Below the pieces are notes generated by a model. It saw only the letters and a list, made by a program, of their open reading frames with translations, was not told where the DNA came from and did not search any database. This document shows, in pieces, positions 20,132 to 30,174 of a stretch of DNA of 64,000 nucleotides; the first letter of the stretch is position 1; every line of letters starts with the position of its first letter. The stretch is taken from positions 960,001 through 1,024,000 of the forward strand of contig OY969814.1 of NCBI GenBank assembly GCA_963703345.1, given 5' to 3'. This DNA comes from an uncultured Chloroflexia bacterium (GTDB lineage Bacteria; Chloroflexota; Dehalococcoidia; DSTF01; JALHUB01). Both the position numbers and the translations under genes were made by a program.

Positions 20132-20218
20132 GCAGAGCGGCCCGTAGCGGCCCAGATTGGCCGAGAGCGCCTCTAGATGCCTCTAGAAAAAGTCATAAAA
20201 CGAATGGTGTGGTACCCC
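20132..20218. repeat. Imperfect direct repeat of the tRNA-Arg 3' end plus its downstream flank (att-like), copy 1
   Basis: GCAGAGCGGCCC..AGCGG...AGATTGGCCGAGAGCGCCTCTAGA...AGT.ATAAAACGAATGGTGTGGTACCCC also occurs at 26173-26249. Confidence 0.85.
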
Positions 20219-20305
20219 ACACCCCGCCCAGACTTGTTGACAAGCTTCGTCGCCCGCTAGGCGGTTACGGCCATCTGGCCGCCGCTTGAGAACGACACAC
20301 GCGCA

Positions 20306-21634
20306 TCAGAACCCGCAGTCAGAGATGCGCGCGCCCGCAGCCTTCGCTCCGCGGACATCGTAGGCTGTGAACCGCCCCTTCGGGTCGCGGAACAAGACGC
20401 TTGCCTTTCCCTGGCTGACCAGCTCGTTCAGCCGCACGTCCTCGTTCTGGTAGAACTTCCACTTGTACTCCGTCTCAAAGAACACCACGTCGATGTTCTT
20501 GGCGCCCAGGAAGCAGGAGTACTGCTGCGGCGTGTTCCACCAGCGGCGGTACTGGCTCTGGTCGAAGAACTCCTGTCCCAAGACAGCGCCCTGCCTGATC
20601 AGTTGATAGGCGCCGTCTTCGCGGTCGTTTGGCTCCAGGACGCGGTAGGTCAGAGAGCGGTCGAACTGCGGCGACGCGATGAACTCGCCGTAGAACGGCG
20701 CGCTGTCGTGGTTCAGGCCGTAGGTATTGACGTCTCGATGCAGAACGCGGATGCCCAAGACGGCCGCCAGCGTCAGGAACGCGGGCACGAACAGCGGACG
20801 CAGGATTGGGGCGAGCGGCGCCACCACAAGCGGCAACAGGAGGGCCGCGCCGCGGAACCGAGCCATGTACTTCAACGTGCCGACGATGTACGAGACCTTA
20901 GTCGTGGCGACAGCGGGAGTGGTGCGAGTGTACAGAGCGTAGGGAAGGACGATCAGCGCCGCCACGGCCACGGCGGTTCCGAGGGGAACGATGTCGCGGG
21001 GCCGGCGAATGACGGCATAGAGGGAGTACCCGGCAACGCCGGCCGCGCCGGCAAAGGGGTGCGTCGTGACGGCGAGGATGGCCCATATCGCCGCCGCCGG
21101 CCACAGGCGCTTGTCTATCGCCTCGACGCAGAGGAAGAAGAAGGCGCACGCCCAGATGAAGGCGAACTGAAAGGAGAAGAGCCCCTCGATGAGGAACGTA
21201 TTGACGTAGATCAGCGCCAGCAGGCGCGGGTCGCGGAGAACCGGCCGGGCCCGCGTCGCCGCATAGCCGTAGAAGACGAAACCGAGCACCATCGCCACCG
21301 TGACGGCGCGGTCGCCGAACAAGGCATAGGGGATCGCGGTCACGGTGTACGGGACGACGGCATAGGGATAGGTCAGGGCACGCCCCGACTCCAAGTTCTG
21401 GATGTGGAGGGGCAGGCGCGCGTGATGAAATATCTGGTCGGAGATGTACCAGACGTGCGAGTAGTGGTGGGCCGAGTCAGAGCCGAGAAACACGGTCTTC
21501 GTGAGGAACACCGCGCAGAGCAACGCGACGCCCAGCAGCGTGCCAAAGGCGAGCGTTCGCTGGAGCGACAGATGCCAGCGCAGGCCCGCTCGATTCGATG
21601 CGAAGGCCCGGAAAAGAGCTACTTGCTCGAACAT
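20306..21634 (-). CDS. Multi-pass membrane protein, GT-C-like
   Basis: Many TM segments and an early GSDSAHH loop; downstream of an ArnT-like gene. Confidence 0.65.
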   Translation of the reverse strand: MFEQVALFRAFASNRAGLRWHLSLQRTLAFGTLLGVALLCAVFLTKTVFLGSDSAHHYSHVWYISDQIFHHARLPLHIQNLESGRALTYPYAVVPYTVTAIPYALFGDRAVTVAMVLGFVFYGYAATRARPVLRDPRLLALIYVNTFLIEGLFSFQFAFIWACAFFFLCVEAIDKRLWPAAAIWAILAVTTHPFAGAAGVAGYSLYAVIRRPRDIVPLGTAVAVAALIVLPYALYTRTTPAVATTKVSYIVGTLKYMARFRGAALLLPLVVAPLAPILRPLFVPAFLTLAAVLGIRVLHRDVNTYGLNHDSAPFYGEFIASPQFDRSLTYRVLEPNDREDGAYQLIRQGAVLGQEFFDQSQYRRWWNTPQQYSCFLGAKNIDVVFFETEYKWKFYQNEDVRLNELVSQGKASVLFRDPKGRFTAYDVRGAKAAGARISDCGF

Positions 21635-21655
21635 TCGCCTGTCACCCGCCCCACT

Positions 21656-23203
21656 CTACGGCTGCGCGAGATTGACCAGCGTAAGGTTACCGGAGAGATC
21701 CGAGAGACGCCAGATGCTCCAGTCATTCTGCTGATGGATGAGGTTGTACCGCTCGTCAAGGAACGATCGCAGCTCATCGAATGGCGCGAAGGCGTTCTCC
21801 GATACCACCACATACACGGGCGGATTCGCCTCTACGTCGTGCATGATACGTGCCTTTGCCCCCGGCAAGACTTCGCTGAGGAACGAGGTGAAGTAGGGCG
21901 TTGGGTTCGTATAGTTGCCCTCCACGTAGAGCCAGGGAATGTCTCCCCATACATAGACGGCATCTCCTGCATTGTCTTCTTTGATGTAACCGACGATGTC
22001 GTCAACAGCCTGGACAGTGCCATTGAATTGGTATCTGTATGCGTCGCTGCTCAGGGAGCCCCGTTCGTATGAGACGAAGGTCTTGTAGTACTGCACGGGA
22101 TGTTGCTGCATCCCCTCCTCGAAGGTGACCGAAAAACGACTGACGATCACCGCGCCGATTACTAACGCCGCGGCGCCTTTCGCAACAGGGGTCATGAGGA
22201 GCGCACGGCTGGGCCTCTCGAGGCCCGCCATAGTCAGGGCGGCCGCGGGCGCCGCCTGTTGCAGATAATGCGGAAACGAGTAGGGACTTGATGTGGCGCC
22301 GGCAAACGCGAAGCACAGCCACAGCGCCGGGAACTCCTGCAGGGGGACGTGCTCGCCGGCAAGGCGCCGCTTCACCAGCGACATCGCGAGGAAGAGCGCT
22401 GGCAGATAGCCGGCCGCTTTCAGAAGATGACTCTCGCTTGGCGCCTGCCGGGAGTACGGCCCCAGCGAGCCCACAACCGCGTAGAGGTATTGGGAGAAGG
22501 CATGCTCATGGACGAAGAGGGCCATGAAGGCTGCCTGTGGCAGAGCGAAGCCGATGCCCATCGCCACGAGCGGGGCGACGGCTCTACGGCCGGTGAGGAA
22601 TGCCATCAGCACCAGCGCCGCACCGTCGAAGATGGCGACCTGCTTGTAGTTGACCGCCACCCCGATTAGCAGGCCGGCAACTGCGTATCCAATGGCGCGC
22701 CTTCCCCCCTCGTACCTCTCGGCGAGCAGGAACGCAAGCACCGCCAGCGATATCGGGAGGATCATGAAGGTCTCGGTCAGCGCCAGGTTGCCCTCGATAA
22801 CTGGGGTGCATATGAGCAGTGCAAAGATGACGCCCCCGAGCACTGACCGCGTTGTTCCGAAGAGCATCCGTCCAGCTGTCATCAGCGCGAAGAGCGTCGC
22901 AAGCGCCGCGACCGATGCCACGAGGTGCAGCGCGAAGACGCCTGAGCCGAATGCGCCCTGCACCAATGCATAGGAGAAGAAGATAAGAGGCGGTTTGTTG
23001 TCCCACGCTTGGGAGTAGAGAACCTCCCCATGGCGGATACTCTGCCCGATGGCGGCAAAAACGCCTTCGTCTCCGTACCAACGCGGCTCAAAGAGCGATG
23101 GGTATCGCAGTGCCGCCGCCAGGATCAGCGGGACTATCGACAGCAATAGCCAACGCCAATCGAAGTGGGGCCGGTCAACGCTTGCAGTGTTGGCCTTCGA
23201 CAC
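21656..23203 (-). CDS. ArnT/PMT-family (GT-C) glycosyltransferase
   Basis: WYGDEG.F, LY...WDNKPPL, TETF, NYKQ, HY.QQ. Confidence 0.85.
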   Translation of the reverse strand: MSKANTASVDRPHFDWRWLLLSIVPLILAAALRYPSLFEPRWYGDEGVFAAIGQSIRHGEVLYSQAWDNKPPLIFFSYALVQGAFGSGVFALHLVASVAALATLFALMTAGRMLFGTTRSVLGGVIFALLICTPVIEGNLALTETFMILPISLAVLAFLLAERYEGGRRAIGYAVAGLLIGVAVNYKQVAIFDGAALVLMAFLTGRRAVAPLVAMGIGFALPQAAFMALFVHEHAFSQYLYAVVGSLGPYSRQAPSESHLLKAAGYLPALFLAMSLVKRRLAGEHVPLQEFPALWLCFAFAGATSSPYSFPHYLQQAAPAAALTMAGLERPSRALLMTPVAKGAAALVIGAVIVSRFSVTFEEGMQQHPVQYYKTFVSYERGSLSSDAYRYQFNGTVQAVDDIVGYIKEDNAGDAVYVWGDIPWLYVEGNYTNPTPYFTSFLSEVLPGAKARIMHDVEANPPVYVVVSENAFAPFDELRSFLDERYNLIHQQNDWSIWRLSDLSGNLTLVNLAQP

Positions 23204-23427
23204 TAGGCAGCCTCCTCCATCATCTCCGAGGGGTGCTCCTTGATCTCCTCGACGCCCGGGGCGCCCCTTTGGCCCGTTGACGTCCCAGTCACGATCATGC
23301 TCGATGCTGCCGTGAGACGGATCAAAAGCCGGCCTAGCCTGCTCCCGAAAACGAGCCCACCCTCTATGTTACTCGTATAGGTAGTACCTGGTACGACAGA
23401 CCCACTGGCCATAATCAACTCAATCAT

Positions 23428-24481
23428 TCATTTGACATACAGCAAAGCGGCGACCCCTACCACATAGAGGGGGATTTCAAGTATTGAGTCTAACCCAAGT
23501 CTAAAGTAGCAGCGTTTCAATCGTGCGAGAAAACTGATGGCATACACCGTCATCATCCCAATCCCCAAAGAAACAAACAAGATGTCTTGACTTCCTGCAT
23601 AGGAAAGAACTGGCTTCTTGGCAATCAAATCAGCCATAAGAAATATCACCATCATGAAAGCATTACCGCCCAAGATATCACTGATTGCGAGGTGATTATC
23701 ACCAATGAATATTGATTCAAGCCCCGTGCTAATTTCGGGGAGAGTAGTTACCAGGGCAAGAACAGTGGCGGCAAAAATACCGCTGTTAATTCCAAGTCTT
23801 GCAGCAGCATCACTGCCCGTTTCCTCTAGCAGAACGCCAGCGACAAGAGTTGCCGCTGCTGCAACAAGAAAGACGGAAGCCACATAGAGAGCTGATTTGT
23901 TGGCATAAAGCGGATGGTTTTCCACCTTTCGTCTCTCTTTGTGCCTTCGTCCTCGTGAGGTGTCCTCCGCCACGACATTAAGCCGGGGATTCTCTCTTGC
24001 CTTATCAATTAAGAATAAGCCTACCAGCCAGGCTACCACTATTGCGATCGAGGCAGGGTTCAGAGAAAAGACGGCTTTTGACGCTGGGATGAAGATTCCG
24101 ATTAGCGCAAGAGCGGTAATGACGACAGCGAAGAATGTTTCGATGGACAGAATTGCTGAACCAGCCAAATATGAAAGTGGCCTTTTGCTCCCTACAGCCA
24201 AGTCAAAAAGCACAATAACCAGAGTTTTGAATTGAGATGCCGCCGATTAAGTTCCCGATTATTACCGGAATATGTCCCTGAGCTGCCGCAGACGCAACAA
24301 CTGCCATCTCGGGAAGGCTGCCGGAGATGCCTAAAAGTATAAGCCTACCCATCGCATCGCCGATTTTAAAGCGCGTGTCCAAAGTGTCGGTTGTCTTGGC
24401 TAGGTTTATGCCGGCGTACCAAGTGACCGCAGCGGAAATAAGAAAAACTATAATCACAAGGGGAAAAGATAGACCGTCCAT
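23428..24481 (-). pseudogene. Sodium:calcium (cation) antiporter, frameshifted
   Basis: SLPEM and TTLPEI alpha-repeat motifs lie in two ORFs; removing one A in the run at 24225-24228 restores IQTLVIVLFD; lower GC than neighbours. Confidence 0.8.
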
Positions 24482-24625
24482 TGGCCTGCCCTCCCGAAAA
24501 AGAGTCCGGGCCCAATGCTACTCTTCAGCGAGAGAATGGAGAATACTGGACCGCGGAAAGGGGGCATCTCGATTGGGCAGACGGCTAGCTGCTAGACCAG
24601 AACGGGGACGCGCAAAACTGTCCAC

Positions 24626-26089
24626 GTGGGAACGCCTACTAACGCCTACAACGACGCTGCTCACAAGCACGCGGTCACCGGCGCCGGAGACGGTGCTGCC
24701 GTGGGCAGGAAGGATGACTCTGCCACACCAGATGCTACCTGTACGACCACCGTCGAGTCCGGGGTGGCCTGGCCCCAAGAACGAGTCCACCCTCTTCAAG
24801 CATGGCGAACGGAGGCGAACGCAATGCTACCGAGAGACGTAGGGCGCTACTTGGAGAGATGGGGTTATCATCCCATCGAGCGCGAGGACTTCGGCGGCAA
24901 CTTCCTTTCTGTAAGGATCGCCCAAGTCGAGGAGCAGGGGCAGCATCAGCCTGGATGCGCTTTCGTCAGCCTTTGCGCTGTGCCACGCGGTTCTTCAACC
25001 GAGAGAGTCGAAGACTTGCCGACCCTCGCGGACTGGCTCGAGCCGAATGCGCGCCAATATGAACCGCCTGGGATCTTTCTTCCATTTCGAAACGAAAAGC
25101 GGTTTACTTCGCAGGGCATACTGCTTTGGGAGGAGGGCTACCGCTCTCAAGTTGCCCCAAGGAAATGGGCGTCCTATCTCCTGGTTGCGCGCGATGGGTA
25201 TGTGGAATACGGCCGACAGGGAGGCGCACCTCTGAATGGTCGAACCTACCACTTTTATGTGCCAATCGTTGCCTGGATTCAGCGGTTTGCTGCGTTCATT
25301 GCAGAGCTACGGTCGAAGATGGAACAGAAACCCGACTATTGGATGGTTCTGAATCTGACCGATTCAGAAGATGCATGCCTGTGCACGCTAGGGGATGGCT
25401 GGAGAGAGCCATGGGACAGACTCGATGCATCTTGGCCACCCCGGTGTTTGGAGTCTCGAATTCAGATATCTCGAACATTGGAAGGCAGCGAAGAGCCGTT
25501 GAACATCACTAGGTGGTTCGCTGAGAGGATAGCGAATGCACTGGGGAATATCGATTCCTTCGCGGCTGCTCTTCCGAGCTTGGTCTCTACGATCTTCGAG
25601 GTGGCGCAAGGCAGTTGGCGCGTAACTGCGAAGGAACGTTCTGTGGAGATCACCAGGGGCGACGGCGAAGCTGGTCACATTTCCCTTGAGGTGTTTGATG
25701 ACGGTCGGCTTAGTTGCTTCCTTGAATTACGACAAACAACTCGAAATGACCTCGCCAGTATTCTCATGATTGATGCTGATCGAGTGGAGTCCGACATAGC
25801 CAAGGTCTTGGAAGCCTTTTCAAGGATACTCGACAATTTAGACTCTCGCAGATCCGTGACTGGAGTCTACCTGCAAGGTTCCTTGAGGGGTGTCCAAGGG
25901 AAGGCTTTTGGCGTGCTGCCGAGGGAACCCTTGACGAGTATGACTATCCCTTCACACGGCTTGGCGGACCCTCTCCCCTTCCCCACGGTGCCAATGGCGG
26001 TCAACGTGCAGGACTTACGGCGGGCAAGGCCCCTAGCTCACACCCTTCGTGCCACCCTCGGACGCATATTTGGTGCGGCCCTCAACTAG
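24626..26089 (+). CDS. Hypothetical protein (island cargo)
   Basis: 487-aa ORF with atypical codon usage; start uncertain. Confidence 0.55.
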   Translation: MGTPTNAYNDAAHKHAVTGAGDGAAVGRKDDSATPDATCTTTVESGVAWPQERVHPLQAWRTEANAMLPRDVGRYLERWGYHPIEREDFGGNFLSVRIAQVEEQGQHQPGCAFVSLCAVPRGSSTERVEDLPTLADWLEPNARQYEPPGIFLPFRNEKRFTSQGILLWEEGYRSQVAPRKWASYLLVARDGYVEYGRQGGAPLNGRTYHFYVPIVAWIQRFAAFIAELRSKMEQKPDYWMVLNLTDSEDACLCTLGDGWREPWDRLDASWPPRCLESRIQISRTLEGSEEPLNITRWFAERIANALGNIDSFAAALPSLVSTIFEVAQGSWRVTAKERSVEITRGDGEAGHISLEVFDDGRLSCFLELRQTTRNDLASILMIDADRVESDIAKVLEAFSRILDNLDSRRSVTGVYLQGSLRGVQGKAFGVLPREPLTSMTIPSHGLADPLPFPTVPMAVNVQDLRRARPLAHTLRATLGRIFGAALN

Positions 26090-26172
26090 AAGTTGAGCCC
26101 TCTGGGCCAAGAAAGTGGAGAACAGAATCACTTGCGCCAGAAAGAGGCACCACTCGGTATCTGTTCGAACAT

Positions 26173-26249
26173 GCAGAGCGGCCCACAGCGGACGAGATTG
26201 GCCGAGAGCGCCTCTAGAAAGAGTTATAAAACGAATGGTGTGGTACCCC
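26173..26249. repeat. Direct repeat copy 2, overlapping the tRNA-Arg 3' end
   Basis: Matches 20132-20218. Confidence 0.85.
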
Positions 26250-26316
26250 CGGCAGGACTCGAACCTGCGACACGCGGTTTAGGAAACCGCTGCTCTTTCC
26301 TCTGAGCTACGGGGGC
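26241..26316 (-). tRNA. tRNA-Arg (CCT)
   Basis: GCCCCCGTAGCTCAG...GCGGT-TTCCTAA-ACCGC...GGTTCGAGTCC...GGGGGTACCA cloverleaf with CCA end. Confidence 0.97.
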
Positions 26317-26442
26317 ACCGGAAGCACGAATCTGGCGTCGCTTCGATTCGTCGTGATGAATAATACCGCACTGGGCATCCGGCCGACCAGATCGAGAGAG
26401 AGCAAGCGTCAACCGCATGACGCCATCACCGGCCCCGCTCGC

Positions 26443-27114
26443 TCACTTTGGCAGCAAGAACGCCGCGACGGCCACGAAATGGCAGCCGCTCCCCGCCAGC
26501 GTTAGCGAGTGGAACACCTCGTGGTAACCGAAAACCCTCGGCCACGGGTTGGGCCGCTTAGCCGCGTAGGCCAGCGCGCCGACGCTATAGGCCACCCCGC
26601 CCGCAAAGAGCAGCGTCAGCGGCGCGGGGTCCAGCCGCTGCAGTATTTGCGACACCGCGACCAGCGCAACCCAGCCGCTTGCCAGGTACAAGGGCACCGC
26701 CAGCCATCGCGGCGAGTCCAGCCAGATCAGCCTCGTCAGCGCTCCCAGCGCCGCAATCGTGACCGACAGCGACAGCAGGATCGTGCCCCAGGCGCCGGTC
26801 AGCGCCAGCAGGCAAAACGGCGTGTACGTCCCCGCGATAAGAAAGAAGATCATCGCATGGTCCAGCCGTCGCACGATGTTCAGACCGCGACTGCCCCAGC
26901 GGATGCGATGATATGCAGCGCTGACGCCGTAGACCACGATCAGACTGGTGCCGAACACGGACGCTCCGACGTAGCCTCTCGCGGTGTGCGCCAGGAGCAG
27001 CATGACGCCAGCGCCGACGACGGCAGCAACGAACGCGCCCAGGTGGAGAACGCCCCGCAGCAGCGGACGCTCCGGCGACATTGCCGCGGAATTGGCTGCG
27101 CTGTCGAGCGCCAT
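26443..27114 (-). CDS. Hemolysin III / PAQR family membrane protein
   Basis: SAAYH, RRLDHAMIF.LIAGTYTP, FGYHEVFH. Confidence 0.95.
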   Translation of the reverse strand: MALDSAANSAAMSPERPLLRGVLHLGAFVAAVVGAGVMLLLAHTARGYVGASVFGTSLIVVYGVSAAYHRIRWGSRGLNIVRRLDHAMIFFLIAGTYTPFCLLALTGAWGTILLSLSVTIAALGALTRLIWLDSPRWLAVPLYLASGWVALVAVSQILQRLDPAPLTLLFAGGVAYSVGALAYAAKRPNPWPRVFGYHEVFHSLTLAGSGCHFVAVAAFLLPK

Positions 27115-27119
27115 CTCCC

Positions 27120-27545
27120 CTACGGCGCCAGGTCGCCGACGTAAAATGGGGTCAACTGCGCATACGCCCGCGAGGAATGGTTGCCGCCGATCCCGCCCTT
27201 CGTCTGAAAGGCGCTCGTCGCTTCCTTGCCGCAGTAAGGAGTGACTATCCCGGAACCGCCGGGGTGGGAGCGAAGGTGCGCGGTGATGTCGTACACTTTT
27301 TTCTCTACTATGATCCAGCAGTCATTCCTCGAGTTATGCTTCGCGACCTCGGACGCCGGGATGGCGGCGCTTGTGGCGTTCTGTCCCGGCTGCGACGTCG
27401 CGGCCGCCACAGGTGTGCGCGCTGCCGGGAGCGATCCGCCCGATCCGCTTCCGTTGTTGAACACCAGGCCCGCCGCCAGAATATAGACGACCAGCGCGCC
27501 GAACACCGTCAGCGCTACTGCCACGAGCCTCTTCGGGCCGGTCAC
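27120..27545 (-). CDS. Cytochrome b5-like heme-binding protein, N-terminally anchored
   Basis: EVAKHN..NDCWII...VYDIT....HPGG...CGKEAT..F...H. Confidence 0.93.
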   Translation of the reverse strand: MTGPKRLVAVALTVFGALVVYILAAGLVFNNGSGSGGSLPAARTPVAAATSQPGQNATSAAIPASEVAKHNSRNDCWIIVEKKVYDITAHLRSHPGGSGIVTPYCGKEATSAFQTKGGIGGNHSSRAYAQLTPFYVGDLAP

Positions 27546-27577
27546 CTGCCGCCTCCCAGTCCGAAACGTCGTTTCAT

Positions 27578-28881
27578 TCAGCGAAGCCGAAACTCATCGG
27601 AGTGTATCCGATGGTACCTGACCCTCATCCTCGTAAGCTGGTCCGTCAACCCTTTCATCATAGCCGGTGGTCCGCAGAGGAAGATATCCTTGTCAGCCAG
27701 GCGGCCGCTCAGCTCCGACACCGCTCTGGCACTGAGAAAACCCTGCGTATCGGCAAAATACGGTATGACGCGCAGGTGGTTCAAGCGCTCGGAGAGCGCC
27801 AGAAGCTCATCAAGAAAGACCGCCTCGTCCTCGCTGTTTGCCGAGTAGTAGAGATCGACGCTGTAGTCCGAACCCTCGAGCGACCCGGCCATGCTCAGGA
27901 AAGGCGTGATGCCGATGCCGCCGGCAATCCAGATCTGCTTATTGTTCGGGTAGTTGTGATGCGAGAACTTTCCGAAGGGCCCTTCAATCCTCGCGATGGC
28001 GCCGTGCGTCAGAGCCGGCAAGCGCGAGGTGTAATCGCCCAGCGCCTTCACGACGATTCGCAGTCGGCCGTCTCCAGGCGCCGAGCTGACAGAGAAGGGA
28101 TGCGCCTCTGTGCTTATGCCCGTCTGAAAGAACTGGACGAAGATGAACTGACCGGGAGAGTACCGCATCGCGCGACCCCGCGGCGCCATCTCGATGGCGA
28201 CCACGCGGTCATTGAGCGGCTTCACCGACTCCACGCGGTACTCGAACCGCGGGACGAGCAACCAGCCGAGCACGGTACGATAGAAGTAGACGGCGACGGC
28301 GATCGCCGCGAGCCCCAACACGTACAGCCGCAACGTCGTGTCGCGCGAGATATCGCTTTGAATGAAGGTGGCATGCCCCGCCGCGAACAAGAATGCGACG
28401 CCCATCAGCTTGTGGGAGAGCTCCCAGGAATGGTATGGAAGCGTCACAAAGAAGGTCAACACCACGAGCGACAGCAGCGCGACGAGCGCCAGTATCCCCA
28501 CGTTTATCGCCCAGTTGCTGGAGGGCAAGAGCAGCAGCGCCGCGCTCCGGAAGAGGTCGGCAGGAGTCTTGCCGCCAGGAGCAACGGATGAAACAGGATC
28601 AGCGTGAAGGCGACCGACCCCAGAACGTGATGGGATGCGTACACCCGATTCATGCCGCCGAAGTAGTTCTCGAAGAGCGTCAGTCGCGCGCTCAGGATCA
28701 CCGTCAGGGCGAACATCGCCATGCCGACCAGGCCGGCCATCTGCCCGAGGCTCAGAAGGGTGAGCGTATTGTTCGAGAACCGGATGCTCACCGGCGATGC
28801 GCTGAACCAGAAGACAAGCGGCAGGAGAGAGAGAACGATGACCGGGAACCAACCAACGTTGTCCCTGATTCTTATGGCCAT
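27578..28881 (-). pseudogene. Ferric reductase-like TM + FAD/NAD-binding oxidoreductase, frameshifted near 28552
   Basis: N-terminal half (VYASHH..G...FHP) and C-terminal half (W..SHKL, GH, EAHPFS, EGPFG, IAGGIGITP, CGPP) are in different frames. Confidence 0.85.
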
Positions 28882-28914
28882 GCGTCTGCTGCTTATGACG
28901 GATGTGAAGGTTGT

Positions 28915-28990
28915 TGGTGGAGATAGGGGGACTCGAACCCCCAACCTCGGCGATGCGAACGCCGCGCTCTCCCTGTTGAGCTATATCCCC
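28915..28990 (-). tRNA. tRNA-Ala (CGC)
   Basis: GGGGATATAGCTCA...CGGCG-TTCGCAT-CGCCG...GGTTCGAGTCC...CTCCACCA. Confidence 0.97.
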
Positions 28991-29057
28991 ACTTCATTCG
29001 CGGCAAGTCAATCTTAGGCTGGCGCCGGAGAAGCTGTCAAGGAATGCGAACTGGATC

Positions 29058-29588
29058 CTACGCGGGGAACATGCCCTCCATCAGCGACACGACCATCCTT
29101 CCGCCGGCCACGTCCACCTCCAGGATCACGTCGTCGATGGCCGGCACCAGGATCCGGCCGCGCGGGCCCTGCACCACGTACACGTCGTTGCTGCCGGTCG
29201 GGAACAGCTCCGTCACCTTGCCCAGGTGCTCGCCGTCCTGCTCGTACACCTCCAGCCCGACGATCTGGTACGCGTAGTACTCGCCTTCCGGCAGCGGCCC
29301 CAGCTCCTCCTCCGGCAGCGAAACGACCCGACCGCACAGCCCCTCCACCCCTTCCCGGGACGCGACACCGGTGAACTTCAGCAAGAGGAGGCCCCTCTGT
29401 CGCCGGACCGACTCCACCTCGTAGGAGACGCCTTCGATCCAGAGCGACTTGCCGGCGGCGAAGTGCTCCAGCCGCGCCGTCAGCGGTTCGACCTTCATCT
29501 CGCCGTGCAGAGCGTGAGGCGCCACCACGCGTCCGATGGCCACGTGTCCCGGCGCTGGTTCAGGTGAGGGGGCGTCTTCGGTTGGCAT
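29058..29588 (-). CDS. rimM: Ribosome maturation factor RimM
   Basis: IGRV..PHAL.GE.KV, GEYY...IVGL.V, GSNDVYVV, ILVPAI; synteny with rpsP. Confidence 0.95.
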   Translation of the reverse strand: MPTEDAPSPEPAPGHVAIGRVVAPHALHGEMKVEPLTARLEHFAAGKSLWIEGVSYEVESVRRQRGLLLLKFTGVASREGVEGLCGRVVSLPEEELGPLPEGEYYAYQIVGLEVYEQDGEHLGKVTELFPTGSNDVYVVQGPRGRILVPAIDDVILEVDVAGGRMVVSLMEGMFPA

Positions 29589-29607
29589 GGCGAGGCCTTG
29601 GTCCGGA

Positions 29608-29841
29608 CTACTCGCCGATCTCGAGGATGGCCCGGCGCACGCCCCGACGCGCCGCCGCGACCTTCAGGAGCGCGCGGATGGAATTCGCGATGCGCCCTTG
29701 TTTGCCGATAACTTTGCCCATGTCGGGCTCCGCGACCTCGAGGAAGTAGACGAGCGTGTCGCCTTCCTCCTCCTCTCGGACGCGCACTTCGTCGGGGTTG
29801 TCTACAATCGCCTTCGCGATGTACTCGATGAGCTCTTTCAT
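29608..29841 (-). CDS. khpA: KH-domain RNA-binding protein (UPF0109)
   Basis: MKELIEYIAKAIVDNPD...DMGKVIGKQGRIANSIR. Confidence 0.95.
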   Translation of the reverse strand: MKELIEYIAKAIVDNPDEVRVREEEEGDTLVYFLEVAEPDMGKVIGKQGRIANSIRALLKVAAARRGVRRAILEIGE

Positions 29842-29853
29842 GTCGGAGCCGGT

Positions 29854-30129
29854 CTACTCAGGCTCGGCTGGGCTCTCGGCGCTCTTCTTGGGGAGCAGTC
29901 CCTGCCTGGCGAGCAGCTTGGCGACAGTCTCCGACGGCTGGGCGCCCTGGTCGAGCCACTTCCTTGCCCTCTCTTCGTCAATCTTTACCGTCGCCGGGTC
30001 CGTCAGCGGGTCGTAGAGGCCCAGCGTTTCGATGAAGGCGCCGTCACGCGGCGCGCGCGAGTCAGCGACAACCACGCGGTACGCTGGCCGCTTCTTCTTC
30101 CCGACTCGCCGCAGTCGAATTCGCAGCAA
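29854..30129 (-). CDS. rpsP: 30S ribosomal protein S16
   Basis: [33 protein letters not shown]. Confidence 0.98.
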   Translation of the reverse strand: MLRIRLRRVGKKKRPAYRVVVADSRAPRDGAFIETLGLYDPLTDPATVKIDEERARKWLDQGAQPSETVAKLLARQGLLPKKSAESPAEPE

Positions 30130-30174
30130 TTAGTCACCTCCAAGTGATGTACCGACCAGCGAATGATAGCAGAG

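Noticed and set aside
23203-23427. 74-aa ORF between the antiporter and the GT gene
   Set aside because: No RBS and no motif; probably a junction between acquired segments containing the GT gene's RBS.
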